From Aureliella sp. (GTDB lineage: Bacteria > Planctomycetota > Planctomycetia > Pirellulales > Pirellulaceae), in NCBI GenBank assembly GCA_963691875.1, contig OY829846.1:3872001-3936000 (forward strand): 64,000 nucleotides of DNA, given 5' to 3'. A program made the position numbers and the translations under genes. Each line of letters starts with the position of its first letter. Position 1 is the first letter of the stretch. Below, piece after piece: positions 10,501-20,800 of this stretch. The notes below the pieces were generated by a model. It made no database searches, had not been told where the DNA came from, and saw only the letters and a list, made by a program, of their open reading frames with translations.

Positions 10501-10849
10501 GGATCGTGACTATCAAAGCGTCATCCATCTAGCCATTGGAGAGAACGGAGAGACGTTTGATCGATGCAGCGGATTCCGGAGCTACAATCCCAAATGGCAC
10601 GTCGCCGTGAGCCGTGCCGAAGACAGTTGGACGGCTGAAATAGCCATTCCACGCGATAGTCTTACCGAATTCGACTGGACAGGCTCGGCCTGGGGACTGA
10701 CTGCAGAATACCATCTAGGCAGTCAGAAACTCCAGTCCTGGGGCGGAGCGCCAGCAGACTACACTAAACAGAATCCCGAACCATCGCGCGGCGTGTTATT
10801 CTTCGCAACAGAGCCACTTTCAGTCACAGCGCGCGGTGTCAACGAGTGA
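7568..10849 (+). CDS. YCF48/BNR-repeat protein with a C-terminal CBM9/DOMON-like domain (true start probably about 150 nt downstream)
   Basis: Repeated S/T-x-D-x-G-x-T-W Asp-boxes (SEDQGETW, TSDGGSTW, SADLGATW, SGDRGLTW, TQDGGLTW); C-terminal PFLDGELTD..W, YDTDYLYLAV and WTAEIAIP; signal-like segment FILVFLLACGF. Confidence 0.8.
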   Translation: MQKASVDSTHLFHLSRTTLISVDQCIDGPSALSFTVCKLERRCRIDHFTRLKEWLPDVFVSQFAFILVFLLACGFTCPFANAQFAPRTESKVFRAPSTSISTTDSSSLQNAIVRHCQPDAALRCVTIVAPRRLCALGDSGAILISEDQGETWKPAECPTYFNLRAVGFIDENFGIAVGGSVGSYSGISRGVLLQTSDGGSTWRTIANDLPNLHGIAVLNSQLIAWGDFDPRRQTGVYRSADLGATWQGLDTGLGAVTHAKIVNEQFFFATNDKNQAVVLDLIQNKKRTFQLPDSSGPLQLHFTGRQWLCLGPGGQLYSSPDVENWTPVSLPLSASARSLCQWSVLHQQGDTIWVGGFPGSTIARSGDRGLTWQLIKTESGIPHHCFAFQDELRGWACGPFGRILQTQDGGLTWKRQHGTSQAGLLAFQHQLAWPALVASVWEHRLPTVALLDEQTDGATPNAASIQLDYANRIGIHTRSPQAKQTLPHWLVQIAAWQPAILLCDSPQQANQLATLQATVSESLNIHDHEKQSSELLRELGLNYTLAREAVQKVVWCDAKDDSNYNIESSFLLKDFGLAVWDILSGLSPLHSNSATASSMQTLWSRSHNRSARDQLTGAMALEPSRFLTSPRGQLGNYQLIMGRVHRQSSFAQLAHQTTSIKQWSNDLAFLTRSLPKHEVAPQLWTLYRQLGDQYAFERKMAVLTTLIDGQPRSDAAAWAMLRWLRSQGSQELAILKRTASKLDDDKVVTAVGGVPDNDAGISKLGESPWNASPFGKTTNSDTNSIPIENAGAGVISASTITSTTGQQPNLNLWFSKLGQFAQFEPRLLQRADVQLLSFARSRFLHSGASADLSRLEQLLARKEQSLWRELALQETRIHKGLWEQLDQICKIRPTSERPFLDGELTDVLWQNAALTKLDGTKPSDSPATTIRWAYDTDYLYLAVSTPSSAVQQQAPLATTRKHDADLSSMQRVEIKLDTDRDYQSVIHLAIGENGETFDRCSGFRSYNPKWHVAVSRAEDSWTAEIAIPRDSLTEFDWTGSAWGLTAEYHLGSQKLQSWGGAPADYTKQNPEPSRGVLFFATEPLSVTARGVNE

Positions 10850-10912
10850 GTCACCAAGTTCTCAGGCTTGGCTTCCCATTGCTTGAGTTTCTTTGAGATG
10901 CCCTCCCACTTT

Positions 10913-11509
10913 TCATCCGGCACGACGGCGCTCTCGTTCTGCAATCAAGCTCTCACAAATTGCTTCCAACTCGAGTATCTTCTTGCCTCGACGACCGACA
11001 ACCCGGGTGCCATGTCCCTTGCCGACTAGGATCTCAAATTCCGCCACGTCCTGACCGACTAGTGTTAGCGCTCCAGCAGCAGCGCCCTGCTGCATCTCAA
11101 CTCCAGGCAGCACAACCGAATGCGCCCCGACGATCACGTGCTTCTGCAGCGAAACTGGCCCTTGACGAACCGCTCTGACTTCATCAGGGACAGTCGGGTT
11201 AGTCATGTGCCCTCCAGTATAGTCATCCGTAGCAGTGTAGATGCTCACGCGAGATGACAGCCCACTGTAATCTTCCAACTTTATTTTTCCACCGCCGCCA
11301 AAAAGATAACATCCAGATGCAACATGCACACACTTGCCAATGCAGATCCCATCTTCTCCAGCGGAAAGCATGCTGAAGCAGTCGATGCGTGAATAGTCGC
11401 CTACTCGGATCCGCTCAGCACCGTAGAACTCGACACTCCGATGAATTTTCACATCTCTTCCGACATGCGCAAAACCAATTGCATCTATCTCGTCTCGACT
11501 TAGATTCAT
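10913..11509 (-). CDS. Hexapeptide-repeat (LbH) sugar acetyltransferase, VioB-like
   Basis: IGFAHVGRDVKI, RIDCF, TDDYTGGHMTNPTVP and VIVGAHSVVLPGV; ATG at 11509 preceded by GGAGAAAG. Confidence 0.85.
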   Translation of the reverse strand: MNLSRDEIDAIGFAHVGRDVKIHRSVEFYGAERIRVGDYSRIDCFSMLSAGEDGICIGKCVHVASGCYLFGGGGKIKLEDYSGLSSRVSIYTATDDYTGGHMTNPTVPDEVRAVRQGPVSLQKHVIVGAHSVVLPGVEMQQGAAAGALTLVGQDVAEFEILVGKGHGTRVVGRRGKKILELEAICESLIAERERRRAG

Positions 11510-11852
11510 CGTCTTTCTCCGTGCGGCGAATCGGTGCTCCGCTGGCTGAACCATTTGCTTTGTTTATCGGTCACTCCGTCGCGAAACTGCGCTTGCCGAA
11601 TCTGCAATTAACAGAGAACCCGAAGAATCAACAAAGCCTAACATCCACTCTCCTCACGTGACTTGGCAAAGCAATTCCGTTGCTACACAGGACTTCTGAC
11701 AATCTCAGCATGGCTTCATTCTGAATCCCCAGCGTAATTTACGCCTCTCAATCGCCATTAGAAATCGCGAGTGCAACCAATCTGCTAGCGATGGAAGACA
11801 TGTACTAGGTCAAGATAAGTACTGATCGATTCCACTATCGGGTTTTGAAAAC

Positions 11853-13925
11853 ATGACAACTGCTGCGTTGATGCGCAAGGCTCTTCAAAAGCACCAGGCC
11901 GGTGACCTCGATTCAGCCGGTCGCATGTACAGTGAAATTTTGGAAAAAAACCCTGCGGATGCCGAAGCTTGGCACCTCGCTGGCGTGCTATCCCATCAGA
12001 TGGGCCAAGGTGCAAATTCGATCGCATTCATGAAGCGAGCCATCGAACTCAACGATCAGATTCCCTCCTACTATCTCAATCTTGCCACAAGCCTCATCGA
12101 GCAAGACAAAGCATCTGAGGCAAAGCAAGTTATCGAACGTGGTCTGCAGATTGACCCCAAGAGTGTTTTGGCCTGGAACGTACTCGGAGTAAGCCATCTG
12201 GAATTAGCTAATTATCCCGCGGCAGAAGAAGCACTGAAGCGAGCGGCAGAGCTGAGCGATGGCTCCGCCGAACCTGCCTGCAATCTCTGTCAACTTTACT
12301 TTAAGATCGGTGATCTAGATGCATCACTTCGGTGGGGCAGAAAAGCACTTGAAATCGATCCTGACTATTACCAAGCCATCAACAACTTGGCATCCACATA
12401 CCGCGGGCTACAGCGATTCGAAGAGGCGAAAGAGCACTTCGAGCGAGCAATTGTCCTGGCGGCAGGCAAAATCGACAAAGATATGATGCTCTCGCTAAGA
12501 GTCAACCTGTGCGGCGTCCTTGCCTCACTGGGACTCTTTGCCGATGCTGAAAAACTACTGATCGAGTCGCTGGAGCAAGACCCATGTCATGGTCGGTCAT
12601 GGAATGCGCTCGGACAACTTTGCCTCGAGATGGGACGACCTCACGAAGCAACGAAGTGCTTTCAAAAAGCAGTCGAAATCAACGCAGAAGATCGCATCGC
12701 TGTAAGCAACTTACTGTACGGATTAAATGTTAATCTCGAGCTGGATCGGCAACAGCAATTAAAAACCCACGTCGCACTCACGAGTAGCCTACCGCGGCGT
12801 GCGAATCCAACCTTTCACAACAATCGTAACCCCAATCGTAAACTTCGTATTGGTTACGTCTCCGCCGACTTTCGCAAACACGCTATGTACGGCTTTTTGA
12901 CACCCATCTTGAAGCAACACGATCGCAGCCAGTTTGAAATATTTGGCTACTCGGAAGTACAGTGTCCAGATCAGACCACCGTCGAATACTCGAGACAGTG
13001 CGACGGGTGGTTGAGCACCGTTGGTTTGCATGGCAGTCAGATTCAGCAAGCGATCGAGAGCGATCGAATCGATATTCTTATCGACCTAACGGGCCACACA
13101 GCAGGCAATCGACTCGATATCTTCGCCTTGAAGTCCGCTCCGGTTCAGGTTTCGATGATCGGCTACTTGAATACCACTGGACTACCCGAGATGAATTACT
13201 ACATCTCAGACGAAATCCGAGATCCTGCTGCTGAAGACCACTACTACACCGAAGAAGTTGTACGCTTGCCTAGTGGTGGTATCGCTTGGCTGCCCCCGAA
13301 AGAAGCGCCCAATGTCGGACCTTCGCCTTGGATTGAGAATGATTTGATCACTTTTGGTTCAACACATCGATTGAACAAAATGAACGATCACACTCTAAAT
13401 CTGTGGTCGACCCTCTTGAAATGCGTGCCAGATTCGCGCTTACTGCTGTTCCGCAACGATTTTCTAGATAGCGAAGACACGCAGGCTCGAACCCTGACTC
13501 GTCTTCATGAAGCAGGCTTGCCTGAGGACCGAGTCTTCCTCGCCTGGGATACCGAACGCAAGTACTTACACGCCTACAATGCATTCGACATTCTGCTGGA
13601 GTGCATTCCCTGGGCGAGCGGGACGACAGCCCTAGAATCACTCTGGATGGGAGTGCCAATCCCAACGCTCTACGGCGATCGACCTTCCTGCAGACCGACA
13701 GCTTCTGCCCTCAATCGAGTCGGTATGAAAGAATTAGTCGCATACTCGGAAGAAGAGTACGTCGACATCGTGGCGAAACTAGCTGCAGACCGGGAGCGAA
13801 TCTCAGAGCTACGAACTGTTTCGCGCGAGCGAATGCGAGAAACGATCTGCAACCCAGGTCAGTTCATACAAGAACTCGAAGCGACTTATCGACAAATGTG
13901 GGAGCGTTGGTGCCATGGAGAGTGA
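11853..13925 (+). CDS. TPR-repeat O-glycosyltransferase, SPINDLY/OGT (GT41) family
   Basis: N-terminal TPR repeats; LRIGYVSADFRKH, DILIDLTGHT, APVQVSMIGY..TTG, DILLE..P.ASGTT..ESLWMGVP motifs. Confidence 0.92.
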   Translation: MTTAALMRKALQKHQAGDLDSAGRMYSEILEKNPADAEAWHLAGVLSHQMGQGANSIAFMKRAIELNDQIPSYYLNLATSLIEQDKASEAKQVIERGLQIDPKSVLAWNVLGVSHLELANYPAAEEALKRAAELSDGSAEPACNLCQLYFKIGDLDASLRWGRKALEIDPDYYQAINNLASTYRGLQRFEEAKEHFERAIVLAAGKIDKDMMLSLRVNLCGVLASLGLFADAEKLLIESLEQDPCHGRSWNALGQLCLEMGRPHEATKCFQKAVEINAEDRIAVSNLLYGLNVNLELDRQQQLKTHVALTSSLPRRANPTFHNNRNPNRKLRIGYVSADFRKHAMYGFLTPILKQHDRSQFEIFGYSEVQCPDQTTVEYSRQCDGWLSTVGLHGSQIQQAIESDRIDILIDLTGHTAGNRLDIFALKSAPVQVSMIGYLNTTGLPEMNYYISDEIRDPAAEDHYYTEEVVRLPSGGIAWLPPKEAPNVGPSPWIENDLITFGSTHRLNKMNDHTLNLWSTLLKCVPDSRLLLFRNDFLDSEDTQARTLTRLHEAGLPEDRVFLAWDTERKYLHAYNAFDILLECIPWASGTTALESLWMGVPIPTLYGDRPSCRPTASALNRVGMKELVAYSEEEYVDIVAKLAADRERISELRTVSRERMRETICNPGQFIQELEATYRQMWERWCHGE

Positions 13926-15249
13926 TTTCACATCTCAAGCTACGAGTTCCTTTTTCTCACCGGCAACTGGACTCAACAGCATTGAATTTCAGGAAGCCGG
14001 TACGAGCCGCACCGACACAGGCTTACTTAAGCTCTCGGTTCCGGCCTTTCCCGAAGCGAAGCACGTCGGCCGCCCAGTGGTGCTTGACCCGGATAACTTC
14101 ATACGGCGAGTGCAAGGAGTCGTTGATCGCTGCTGGCTAACCAATAATGGACCTGAAGTGCAGGAATTTGAACAAAGAGTTGCATCGCACCTCGGTGTTC
14201 GCCACTGCATCGCAACCTGCAACGGCACCGTCGCCTTATCACTCACCGCCCAGTGCTTGCAGCTCCAAGGCGAAATCATTGTTCCCTCCTTCACCTTTAT
14301 TGCTACGCCTCACGCGTTTGCCAGTATCGGACTAACACCGCGTTTTGCGGACGTCGATCCTGAAACTGGCTGCATTGATGTTGAGAGCGTTCGCAGTATG
14401 ATTGGCCCCGCAACCACGGCGATTGTGGGTGTTCACCTGTGGGGGCACACTTGCGAAGTCGAGAAGCTTCAGCAACTGTCCAACGATCATCAACTGAAAC
14501 TGCTTTTCGACGCGTCCCATGCCTTCGGGACCACCCACAACGGAATGTACGTGGGTGGATTCGGCGAGGCGGAGACCTTTAGCTTCCATGCCACCAAATA
14601 CATCAACGCCGCCGAAGGAGGAGCCGTAACAACCAACTCTGACGAACTAGCCGCAAGACTTCGAGCAGCAAGAAACTTCGGATTCACCAATGTGGATCAA
14701 GTCGAGCATCTCGGTATTAACGCCAAGATGAATGAGCTATCAGCTGCGATGGGCAACACCTCGTTGGATACCTACACCCGACGGCTCACCATCAACGAGA
14801 ATAACTTTAGAAGCTACCAACAGAATCTGGAAGGTATTGCTGGTCTAGAGCTGGTCAAGTTTCCGCAAGCCGAGGTAAATAACTATCAGTATGTCGTAGT
14901 CAAAATCGACTCCGCCAATTTCGGTTGCGATCGTGATCAGCTGCTTTCCACTTTGGTACAACACAACATTCTAGCTCGCCGCTACTTCTACCCAGGATGT
15001 CACCGCGCTGAACCCTACGCCTCGGCGTCGTGCTCTCCACTTCCGAATACAGATTCTCTTAGCAACCAAGTCCTCTCATTGCCGACCGGTCCCGATATCT
15101 GCGAAGAAGACGTAGTCAAGATCTGCGAAGTCATCCGCAGATCACAGCGGATCTCTGCCAGCGAACACCTCCAAAGTGCGCCAGCTCCGTTTTCCTCCAG
15201 AGTACCGCGTAGTAGAACGCAGCATCACTTGTCTTCGATCGAAGACTAA
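13915..15249 (+). CDS. DegT/DnrJ/EryC1/StrS aminotransferase, VioA/DesI-like (NDP-4-amino-4,6-dideoxyhexose)
   Basis: WLTNNGP, TFIATPHA, FDASHAFG, SFHATK (PLP Lys), GINAKMNE and ARRYFYPGCH motifs. Confidence 0.9.
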   Translation: MESDFTSQATSSFFSPATGLNSIEFQEAGTSRTDTGLLKLSVPAFPEAKHVGRPVVLDPDNFIRRVQGVVDRCWLTNNGPEVQEFEQRVASHLGVRHCIATCNGTVALSLTAQCLQLQGEIIVPSFTFIATPHAFASIGLTPRFADVDPETGCIDVESVRSMIGPATTAIVGVHLWGHTCEVEKLQQLSNDHQLKLLFDASHAFGTTHNGMYVGGFGEAETFSFHATKYINAAEGGAVTTNSDELAARLRAARNFGFTNVDQVEHLGINAKMNELSAAMGNTSLDTYTRRLTINENNFRSYQQNLEGIAGLELVKFPQAEVNNYQYVVVKIDSANFGCDRDQLLSTLVQHNILARRYFYPGCHRAEPYASASCSPLPNTDSLSNQVLSLPTGPDICEEDVVKICEVIRRSQRISASEHLQSAPAPFSSRVPRSRTQHHLSSIED

Positions 15250-15660
15250 GCAAATGGCGCAGTCACCTTACTCATTACCGCCAAGTCTCCGCAGATCGGT
15301 ACAGACTACCGAATCGCTCCATTACGCTGGCCTGCAGAGCCGGTTGACCCACCGAGTTTTACTAACTGGACGAAAACTCTGATGGTCGGGCGTGGCTTCG
15401 ACAAAAGCTGTCAATGCAATCATGACAGATGACCTTCGATGACGAAGCAGGACATCGAATGCATAGTCTTATACGTCACGCTGCGCGAAGAGTGCTTCTT
15501 TCGAAACGCTTCATCATGATTGCTCTTCGCGTCAAGTAGGCGCCATTTTGCGACGCTCATCCACGCTCCATTTCTTTGGCTGAGTTTCGCCCCCCTTCCC
15601 GAACTTACGTCCCAGCTGGAAACCCTCACCGGAATCTAGCGCATCCCGTGGAGAAGAACG

Positions 15661-16008
15661 ATGCACCTGAAACGCATTAGTTCCCTTGCACTGGTCGTTG
15701 CAATATTTTTTGCAGCCAACCTCAGTGCTCAAGAGGCAGCCGAAATCGAGACTGCCACCGCCGAACCACTACCGCTCACCACCTCGTCCTCGCAAATCGA
15801 GATTAAACCACCCTCTATCGCTCAGCAGCGAGCTCAGTATGAGGCTGACCAGCGCATGATGCGCATGGAATGGAACAAGTGGATCGGCTACAGCCCACTG
15901 CGTCCAAACATGAACGCGAGCTACTACTCCAATGGCTTCCAACGGTACTACATACCCTCGCGAGGCGTGTTCATTTCTGGATATCAGACTCGAACTTGGT
16001 ACTGGTAG
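15661..16008 (+). CDS. Small secreted hypothetical protein
   Basis: Signal peptide (MHLKRISSLALVVAIFFAANLSA); GGAGA upstream; terminator downstream. Confidence 0.75.
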   Translation: MHLKRISSLALVVAIFFAANLSAQEAAEIETATAEPLPLTTSSSQIEIKPPSIAQQRAQYEADQRMMRMEWNKWIGYSPLRPNMNASYYSNGFQRYYIPSRGVFISGYQTRTWYW

Positions 16009-16049
16009 ACATAACAGACTGTTGACCACCAATTCTGAAAACCATCCCC

Positions 16050-16085
16050 AAACGGCTGCGGGCCTCCGCAGCCGTTTTCTTTTTG
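16050..16085 (+). terminator. Rho-independent terminator
   Basis: aaacggctgcgg-gcct-ccgcagccgttt followed by tcttttt. Confidence 0.85.
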
Positions 16086-16220
16086 GTTTGAGTCATCAAG
16101 TGACTCTAGTTTGTACCGCATTTCTCGGTATCAGAGGCGTGTCTGAACATCGATGTCCTTTCGCGAAGCGCTGGTACCATCCCGTTATTTAGAGCTATGC
16201 GGTCTTGCAGCCCTCGGGCG

Positions 16221-16510
16221 TCATTTCGTTCGTACGTTGAAAGAACTCAGTCCAAAACAGCGGTGCATAAATGCTAAGATCTTTTCCCTGCAGATCGTTT
16301 CGCCATTTCGATGACTGGCGTGTTCTCCACCCTTGATTAAAACAATTTCTTTGTTTGCTTCAGCAGTCGCATCATAAAGCTGTCTGGACATAACGGATGG
16401 AACCTTTGAGTCTGCCGTTCCTTGCAAATAGAGAAACGTCGGAGTACAGCTGGCTCCGGGAAGCCAGTATCCATGGACAGCAGTCGGAGACCCTTTACTT
16501 CGCGTTTTCT
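16221..16510 (-). pseudogene. Internally deleted alpha/beta-hydrolase remnant
   Basis: One frame reads VHGYWLPGASCTPTFLYLQGTADSKVP..SRQLYD..KEIVLIKGGEH: an N-terminal motif joined directly to the Asp/His region, with no nucleophile elbow and an upstream in-frame stop. Confidence 0.6.
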
Positions 16511-16905
16511 ATCTGTGAAGACGAAAACTACCAGGCAATCGATGGAACGGGGAATCGGGCTGTCGCTCCAGATGGCAAAGGGCTGTTTATCAGAACGTCG
16601 CACTTCGAGGAAAAAGTCTTGCAACATCTCAATGGAAAAGGCAGTTCGAAGCTTCCTGCTCAACAGAACTGGATGTCAAATGTTGTTAATGTACACGCTG
16701 GCTATCAACTGTTGCTCGACATTATCGTCAACGCTCCACTTTCAGATGGTGGCGCGAGTTCAGGCCGCGAGGGTTAGTTCGTAGATCTTCTCGATGTCTC
16801 TTCCTCCGAGTGGGGCGAGCTACAAAAGTGATGCAACCAGATCTATTTGTGCTAATCTAGGCCTTCCATATTCGAATTTTGTCCTACTGGTTTGACGGAG
16901 TCCCG

Positions 16906-17619
16906 ATGGATCAAGTGCTAAATATAGTTGGGCTAACCTTGATGGCTGGTGCTGCCATGCCTGTCGGCGCAGCGTTGGCCTGTGCGGATTCGGTCTTTCC
17001 GAAATGGCTCAGCTCAGAAGTACGCCACGGAATCATGGCATTTGGTGGAGGCGCCCTGGTCTCCGCCGTGGCGCTGGTGTTGGTACCCGAAGGCTGTGAG
17101 GCACTGACGGTCGTCCCCGCTGCTTTGTCATTTGCCGCTGGTGGAGTCGCGTTCATGGCACTTGACATGTGGCTTGCTTACACAAAGAGTCCCGCCGGTC
17201 AACTCGCCGCCATGCTATCGGACTTTGTTCCAGAAGCATTGGCATTAGGAGCCGCCTTTTCGACGGGTAGTTCTGTTGGGCCGCTGCTTGCCGGACTAAT
17301 CGCCATTCAGAATCTGCCTGAAGGATTCAATGCCTACCGGGAGATGACGGAGTCGGGTCGTATCAAGGGCCGGCCAGTCATCGTAGCCTTTTCTCTCATG
17401 GCTCTACTCGGACCTTTGTCTGGACTGCTCGGATTCTTCTTTCTGGGCCAGCTTCCCCATCTGCTCGGAGTCATCATGCTGTTCGCGAGCGGTGGCATCT
17501 TGTATGTCGTTTTCCAAGACATAGCGCCAGACGCAAGGGTTGAAAATCGCTGGACTCCCGCCTTGGGGGCCGTGGTAGGTTTTCTTCTGGGACTCGTGGG
17601 GAACATGCTTGTGGCCTAG
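16906..17619 (+). CDS. ZIP family (ZupT/GufA-like) divalent metal transporter
   Basis: AFGGGAL, LVLVPEG, DFVPEALALG and IQNLPEGF motifs; multiple TM helices; GGAG before ATG 16906. Confidence 0.88.
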   Translation: MDQVLNIVGLTLMAGAAMPVGAALACADSVFPKWLSSEVRHGIMAFGGGALVSAVALVLVPEGCEALTVVPAALSFAAGGVAFMALDMWLAYTKSPAGQLAAMLSDFVPEALALGAAFSTGSSVGPLLAGLIAIQNLPEGFNAYREMTESGRIKGRPVIVAFSLMALLGPLSGLLGFFFLGQLPHLLGVIMLFASGGILYVVFQDIAPDARVENRWTPALGAVVGFLLGLVGNMLVA

Positions 17620-17634
17620 GAATGCACATCGATG

Positions 17635-17727
17635 CTAGTTCTCGACCACTGTCTTCCCCATAGCCTTTCCACTGGCCAATCGTTCGTAAGCCTTCCCAAC
17701 GTCGGCGAGCGAAAAATGAACCTCGTC
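17635..17727 (-). pseudogene. C-terminal remnant of an MDR/quinone-oxidoreductase family gene
   Basis: Manual translation gives DEVHFSLADVGKAYERLASGKAMGKTVVEN*, a typical MDR C-terminus; the rest of the gene is absent. Confidence 0.65.
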
Positions 17728-17818
17728 TCTTTCGTGCTGGCAGTCGATCGCCCTGGACCCAAAGGTCGTAGTTCGCGGTAGGATCGACGGTGACTATCGG
17801 AGCGCGTCTTCTTCCGCC

Positions 17819-20800
17819 TTAGTGTGCATGACCAGAATCGCTCGGCAGTAATTTCAATTTCATGTTGCGGAACCGTACTTCTGTCTTACCGCCGCTGTGG
17901 AGCTGGAAGGCGATGATGCCACGGTGTGCACCTTCAGGATCATCGAGATCGACGCAGGTTTCGCCATTGATCTTGGTCACGATTTTGTGGCCTTTGGCGA
18001 TGATCTCATAAGTATTCCACTCGCCACCTCTCACGTGAACCTCACCGGATTCTTTCCAAAGCAAAGCACGACCTTGCTCCTCGTAGAGTTTACCCCACCA
18101 GCCGATACCAATGTCAGCTTGGTAGCCACTGACTTCGCCATCCTTTACCGTGCTGCGGAACTGGATTCCCGAGTTACCCTCGTTGCCGACCAGCTTCACT
18201 TCGAGCGTGAGATGGAAGTCCTCTGCAGACAGGTCACTGACGATCCATTCATTGCGTTTCAGTCCATCTGTCCTTCCAACAAGCTCGCCGTTCTCGACCG
18301 ACCACAACTCAGGATTGCCAGTCCACCCAGTTAGATCACGACCATTGAACAGACTGCGAGCATTCTCTTCGCTAGCTAGCATCGGTGTCTGCGAATTTCC
18401 TTGCAGATACTTGATCAGCGAGCGGATTTCATCTGGATTGAACTGCTTCAACTGATCGTCGGGCATCATCGATTGTGTGCCTTCTCGACGCTGCACAATC
18501 TCATCCTTTGGAAGAATGACTTTGTCATCAGAAGTCTGTAGTGTAATGCTGTTGTCATCCTCAGCTTTGAGAAGACCATTCACGACGCGACCGTTTTCCG
18601 TAAGCACGATTGTCGGCAAATATTCTTTGGCCATCACTGCACTCGGGTCCACGATATTACTCATCAAGTAATCGATGTTGGCACGGTTAGAGCCTGTCAA
18701 GTCTGGACCAATTTTGTTTCCGACGCCATACAGCACGTGGCACTTCTGGCAAGTCTTGGCAAAGATCGCCCGGCCATGTTCGATGTCGGCAGGCGGAAGA
18801 TCAGTAGAGGCAACGAGCTCTTTCATCTCTGCGATCAGCTTCAACTTGTCTGCGGCGGACTCACGAGCGGTACCCCAAACACTCTGCAGCAACGTGTCGA
18901 TCTCCTTGCTCTTCAAGAACTGCAACTGACGAACCAAGTCCGCCGTCAAATCCGCACCGACAATATCCTTCTTCTCAATCGCCTTGAGCAAGGCAAGACC
19001 ACTGGGGATTCGAGCACAGAGTGTTCCCAGCGCCATCCGTCGCTGATCGGGTGTGAACTCCGAGTAAGCCCCTAGCAAAGCAGGCGCTACCGCGGGATCG
19101 CTATACTGAGCCAACCCACGAATCGCAGTTTCACGCAGCTCGCCTTTTTCCGATAGCAAACTTTGTAGTGTCGCCACCAAACCTGGATCGTTGGCATCGA
19201 GCAACGCTTTGAGAGCGACCATTCTCGCGTTCTTGTTACCTTGCGGATCAGCAATCTCGGCTCGCATGGCTGCGAGCGCGTTCTCATCCCCGAAAGTTAC
19301 GCCGAGTGCTGTAGCTTGCAAACGCACTTCGTTGTTTTCACTTCTAACAAGCCCCGCTGAAACCTGCGTCCAGCCCTCTGGGGCGTCAACTTTGCGGCGT
19401 CCCGAAAGTGCCGAGCGAATTGCATTGAGATAAGTGAGCTGAAGCTTCGGTGAATCCGCTTTCCCTAGACCACCGACCAGCGCAGCTAACGAAGACTCGG
19501 CTCCCCCACTTCCAATCCGTCGCAACATAAATTCACGAAGCAAAGGAATGTTTTCCCCAGCTGACATTGCCAAGGCCAATGCTCTGCCAGTGTCTTCGTC
19601 CGCTAGGGGCTCTGCGGCGTACCAATACATCAGCGGCAAGTTATGATCGCCCGCGTCTTCCGAATGACAGGTCAGGGCTTCGACAAGAGCCCAGCGCTGA
19701 GAGAGTGGGAGCTTCTGCGCTGCCGAAGCCAAATACAATCGCGTGACGGGAGACTCATCGGATTGGGCCAGTTTGACCAACTGAGGAAGCAACGTTCGGC
19801 TATCGCCCTTCTCCAAAGCCAACTGGATCGCCCAACCACGAACGTAAGCATTCTTGTCGGCTAGCATGCCATCAATTTGTGATTCTTTGAGAGCACCCAC
19901 AACATGCAAAGCCCAGGCAGCCCGAAGCCGCCGGGTCTCATCTGCATTCTCACTTAATACCTTGTGCAGGAACGTAATGGCGTCTTGATCGATCTGCTTA
20001 ACCGCCGATCGCTCTTGCAAATTCCGCCGCGCGTGCCGCACATACCAATCATTAGCGTGCAAAGTCAACGTAGCTAGCTCCAGATCTGACATCTTCGCCA
20101 GTTCGCCCACCGGTGCAGATATCTTTGAGTTTCCGTAACAGATCTTGTAGATACGTCCATTCGTTCGATCGTGAACTTCTGCTTCGCGACGATGGCATGC
20201 CTGCATATCGTACCAGTCGATCATCCATGCATTGCCGTCTGGTCCGTAACGAAGATTCAGAATCTGCGAGGCCTTGTCTCCTGTCAGCAAGAAATCAGGA
20301 CTGTGACTGCCGATATAGCCAGAACCACTGTGCTTGAGCGTTTCCATATTCAACCGCTGCCCATGGATGTTGTTCATAAATAATTTGTTTCGGAACTCCT
20401 GCGGCCACTTGTCTCCGAGGTAAATCATTGCACCGGCATGAGCATGTCCGCCACCTGCCGCATCGGACTTGCTGTTACCACTGTGGGGCGTCGCTCCGAG
20501 GTAGTGCAAGTGATCAGCGATCGTTGTGATATCGCGGTAAGTGTGCGGATTGAAGTGCCTTCCTCCTTGGCGTTGATATCTTGCGCCGTCGATGATGTGA
20601 TAGAGGTGTGGGATCACACAAGCGGTAATGAAAGCCTGGCCGTGATCGTCAAAGTCCACGCCCCATGGATTGCTCGTTCCATGAGCGAAAATATCGAACT
20701 CATGTCGTAGCGGATGATATCGCCAGACGCCACAGTTCAGTGGAGTTCGCTGTTCATCAGGAGTACCAGGCTTGCCAACTTTGGAGTGCGTGAACACTCC

